A program made the position numbers and the translations under genes. Shown here one piece after another: positions 59,758-64,000 of a stretch of DNA of 64,000 bases. The first letter of the stretch is position 1. The number at the start of each line of letters is the position of its first letter. The notes under the pieces were generated by a model. It was not told the origin of the DNA. It saw only the letters and a program-made list of their open reading frames with translations, and searched no databases. The stretch covers positions 8,370,001 through 8,434,000 of the forward strand of contig JBHGNT010000021.1 in the NCBI GenBank assembly GCA_043228905.1, written 5' to 3'. This DNA comes from Azolla caroliniana (Eukaryota; Plantae; Polypodiophyta).

Positions 59758-62700
59758 TGTGAAAACCACGAGGCCGTTGGGAAGATATTCCTCATAAGGA
59801 ATAATTTTGGGAGTTAGTGTAGTAGGCTCATTTATGAGCGGTCAAGTACTGTCAGTACTTGTGTCAGCCCGATTGTCAGGGCTTGTATAAAAGGTGCTCA
59901 CTGAGCACGGTGTATGTACAGAACAGAGTGTCATTTTTTAATCTGAGTTTTTCTGTTGTCTACTCTCTCTCTCCATCTCCATCTCTACATTTTCTGTGTT
60001 TTACCGAATTGTCTTATTCCCCCGAACTGTGTACTCTGTTCTTTTACAAGGTATCAGAGCGTGAGGGTTGAAGTCCTCTGCAGCCAACAAGAAAAGTTTG
60101 TGACGAAACAGAGTTGAAGTTGTTCGCTTTCGGAGAAGAAAAAGACAGTACTATGGACAGAGGAATGGGAAGCTCACTTCCGACTGAAAAGCTTGACAGA
60201 AGCAACTACGCATCTTGGTCTTACAAGATGCACCAATACCTTCTTGGCCATGGCTACTAGAGTTATGTCGAAGGAGTAAACGATGTGGCACCCGCCTCGA
60301 CTCATAGGACTATCCGGGTTGGGAACAAGCGGCAAGCAGAGTGTTGTACTGCTTCGCGTCCTGTGTGAGCGATCAGCTTTTGAGCTATATTCGAGATGCC
60401 AAGACGCCGAAGGACGCTTGGGCGAATCTCAAAAGAATTTTCGCCGCCAGCACAACAGCCAGAAAGCTGCAACTCAGATAGGAGCTCAGCAATGTACGAC
60501 AAAGAGATATGTCGGTGGCACCAAGATCAAAGAAATCTGCAACTCTCTCGCCTCCGTCAATGTGAACATCGAGGAATATGAAATGGTGCAGGTGTGTCTT
60601 GGTGGCTCGGCGTCAAAGTTTGGACCTTCCCGAACAGCAGTCTGCACGAGGGAGACTAAGCCTTCGTTTTTCAAGCTTCAGTCAATGTTGCTCGTAGAAG
60701 AAAACCACGTGGGTGCGTCGATGAGTGCGCACGCCGATGGCAAGATACTTTACACAGAGGATGATAGGCCTCATGGTCATGGTGGACGAGGCGGATCGGC
60801 ACGCAATGGAGGCGGACGAAAAGAGCAGAATGAACGGCATAATCGAGACGTCGAAAGCAATTCCAAACCCTCCGCAAGCAGGGGGAGTCATGGCGACGCC
60901 GGAAGACGGCAAGAGAAGACCGCGCCGGATTGCTGGTATTGTGGCAAGAAAGGCCACAAGGAGAGCGAGTGCTGGAAGAAACAAGCCGACTCTGACAAAG
61001 CTGGACCGAGTGGAAGGGACGCAGGAAGGCGTCAAAGATCGCACTACGTTGAGGGCTCCGAACAGGCCAAAAATGGAGCGGGCCCTGCCTTCTTAATGAA
61101 GCATAAAACCAATTCAATGGCCGTGAACACCTCGAATTCGAGCGAGGTGTGGTATGTGGATTCCAGAGCGTCAAATAATATAACGAGCCATGAGGAATGG
61201 TTCTCGTACTTGAAGAAGACGCAATCACGAGGAGTGGTCGAAACCGGCGACGACACTCCGCATACCATCGAACATGTCGGCGAAGTTCCCCTCAGCCACA
61301 TTGGGCAGAAAGGGAAGCTAATGAGCGTGTTGCACATCCCGACAATAACAATAAACCTTGCGTCGGTCGGACAGATCGTCGACCAAGGTATGCAAGTTCG
61401 ATTCACGCATCTCGGGTGCTTCATTGAAGAGGAAGGCAAAGTGATCGTGCAAGGGCGCCATGAAGGGAGGATGTTTATCCTCGAAACCAATAATGTGGGT
61501 ACCGCTATGTTCGCGAAAGGACAAAAAGTCGAGTCGGATATCGACTTATGGCACAAGCGGATAGGCCATGTCAACTGTCAACGGCTTCAGGACCGGCAAT
61601 CAAAACAGGTGGTGTTCGAATTGCCCAAATTTAGTAGCCGGAAGGCGCAAATTTGTGAAGCCTGCCAGCTACGGAAGCAACACTGACTTCCTTTACCTAA
61701 CGAGTGTAACCGGAGCCGGAACAAGCTCGACTTGATACATTCCGATGTATGGGGGCCGGCACAGAACGTTAGTCTTGGAGGGAGTCAATATTTCGTCTCC
61801 TTCATCGACGACTATACGCGGCACACGTGGATCTACCTCATTGAGAAGAAGAGTGAAGTCTTCGACTGTTTCCGGGACCTCAAGAGTTTCGTCGAAAGGG
61901 AAACAGGAAGAAAGATCAAGTGCATGCGGACGGATGGCGAAAAAGAGTACTTTTCCGGTCAATTCAACGGGTATCTGCAACAGATGGGAATTCGGCGCAA
62001 ATTCAGTTGTAGATATTAGCTGGAGCAAAACGGTGTGGCCGAAAGGAAAAATCGGTCGATTGTGGAAGCGGTGCAGGTAATGCTAGAAGAAAAGAGCTTG
62101 CCCAAGTTCTATTGGGCCGAGGCGGTACGAACCGCGGTATACATCCGGAATCGGATCGGAGACAAAGTGTCAGCGCATGAACTGTATTTCGGGAAGAAGC
62201 CGAATTTGGCGCACTTGAGGATTTTCGGTAGCATTGCGTATGTGCATGTGCCGAAGGAGAAACGGAGGAAGTTGGATGCGAAAGCTGAGAAGTGTATCTT
62301 GGTCGGCTATTCGGACAAGCAGAAGGATTATAAGTGTTATAACCCTCGCACCAAACAAGCACGCGTGAGCCGTGACGTTGTGCTTGACGAGTCCATGTCC
62401 TGGTACTTGCCTCCGACTCCGGACCTCACCTCCAATCCGAGTTCTGACGATGAGGTCAGCGAGGCCGAGATGCCTCCGGATGAACCTAAAATCAGGACCC
62501 GCAAAGAGAGTCTGATTTGGTTTCGGTTAAGCGGACCGAATGGACGACTGAGTCGGTTCGACCAATCCGATGAAGAGCCGGTGAGTAGTGGAGACTCGGC
62601 CGTGCATTCCCGCACAAGAAACCGAGGAGACGGTTTACGCGCAAGGAAAAAGGGAAGAAGAAGGTGTCGGATTACAGCACGGATAGGAACGAGTCTGATC

Positions 62701-64000
62701 GACGTGAGTCCGACTCCAAGGGAAGTGATGACGGTTCTTCGAGAGCGAAGTCCGTGTCGGCCAAGAAAGCCTCAACTTCGGCTAATGAGCAATTACGCCG
62801 ATCTACCCGCCAAATAACCCTGTTGTGCAGTTTGGTTACAACAAGTACATGGCGCATCACTATGCATACATGACGCGTGTAGCAGAAGTGCGTGAGCCGG
62901 AGAGCTACGCAGAAGCGGCGAAGGACGCAAATTGGCGGGCCGCAATAGAGGAAGAGATGCGCGCATTGGCGGAGAATGAAACCTGGGACCTAGTTGACGC
63001 ACCGAAAGGTGTGAAGCCGATCGGATGTAGGTGGGTGTACAAGGTCAAGTACAACACTAACGGCTCGGTCAACCGATACAAGGCTCGGTTAGTAGCGAAA
63101 GGTTATGCGCAGAAACACAGCATCAACTACGATGAGAAGTTCGCGCCGGTCGCGAAGATGACGACCGTCCGTGTTTTGCTCGCGGTAGCTGCGACAAAGG
63201 GGTGGCACTTACATCAAATGGATGTAAAGAATGTGTTCCTACAAGGTGAGCTTGAGGAACAAGTGTACATGGTACAGCCCCCCGGATTTCACTCCGGAAC
63301 GAACACTTCGGCGGTGTGCCGATTGAAGAAGTCCCTTTACGGACTAAAGGGGAACGCGAAGATCACGCAACGATTGCGTCGGATGAGCTTTGCAACATCA
63401 AAATCTGACTCCTCACTGTTCATCCAGAAAGGTCAACTCGGGCCGGTTAGCATTTTACTTTATGTTGATGACTTGGTCATCACCGGCGATGACCTTTGAC
63501 CGCGTGAAGCTCCAGCTTGTGGCATCATTCAACATGAAGGATCTGGGGGACCTTCATTACTTCCTCGGGATCGAAGTGATCCGCACCCCCGAGGGCATAC
63601 TGATCAGCCAACGACATTACGTACTGAGTATGCTCTTCAAATTCGAGATGGCCGACTGTAAGTCCGTCTTGACTCCTCTGTATAGAACCGTCAAGCTTCA
63701 CCCCAATTCCGGAAAGCTATGTGACCCAACGAGGTTCCGACAGATAGTCGGAAGCCTTATATACTTGACCATCACCCGACCAGATCTTAGCTACCCAATC
63801 GGGGTGATTAGTCAATTCATGGCGCGACCGACCGAGGAGCACCTTCAGTGCACACAACGCGTACTCCGGTACGTCAGTGGCACTAAGGACCGGGGGCTAC
63901 TATATCAGACCGATACTGTCGCGCAGTTGGTCGGTTACATCGATGTTGATTGGGCCAGAAACGTCGGCTATCGCCGATCCACGTCCGGTTTCACGTTCTC
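59758..64000 (+). mobile_element. Decayed Ty1/Copia: 5' LTR (59758-60048), PBS, gag-PR-INT-RT, running off the window
   Basis: tgtgaaa...ttttaca then aggtatcagagc. CWYCGKKGHKESEC, WYVDSRAS, HSDVWGP and LLYVDDLVI. Multiple frameshifts. Confidence 0.92.

Overview
Eukaryotic, repeat-saturated DNA, probably from a non-seed land plant (inferred from the element lineages). No conventional host gene is visible. Most of the window is nested, largely decayed Ty3/Gypsy and Ty1/Copia LTR retrotransposons and solo LTRs, plus one intact, apparently very young Copia (49684-54989). The stand-out is a DNA transposon at about 32901-48901. It has an intact two-exon DDD transposase (about 863 aa, Sola2-like motifs, GAG terminus) and a convergent cargo ORF with an FCP1/NIF-like phosphatase domain whose catalytic residues are altered. 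Its intronic DNA is built from arrays of the palindrome TAGCTAATTAGCTA, which also forms a hairpin at the element end. Other notable signals: tRNA-like Pol III A/B boxes at the U3 end of two different chromovirus LTRs, a Tf1-style self-priming PBS, a three-LTR recombinant, and a bipartite tRNA-Arg match beside an LTR of ambiguous polarity. All calls are by eye; family names rest on remembered motifs, not database searches.
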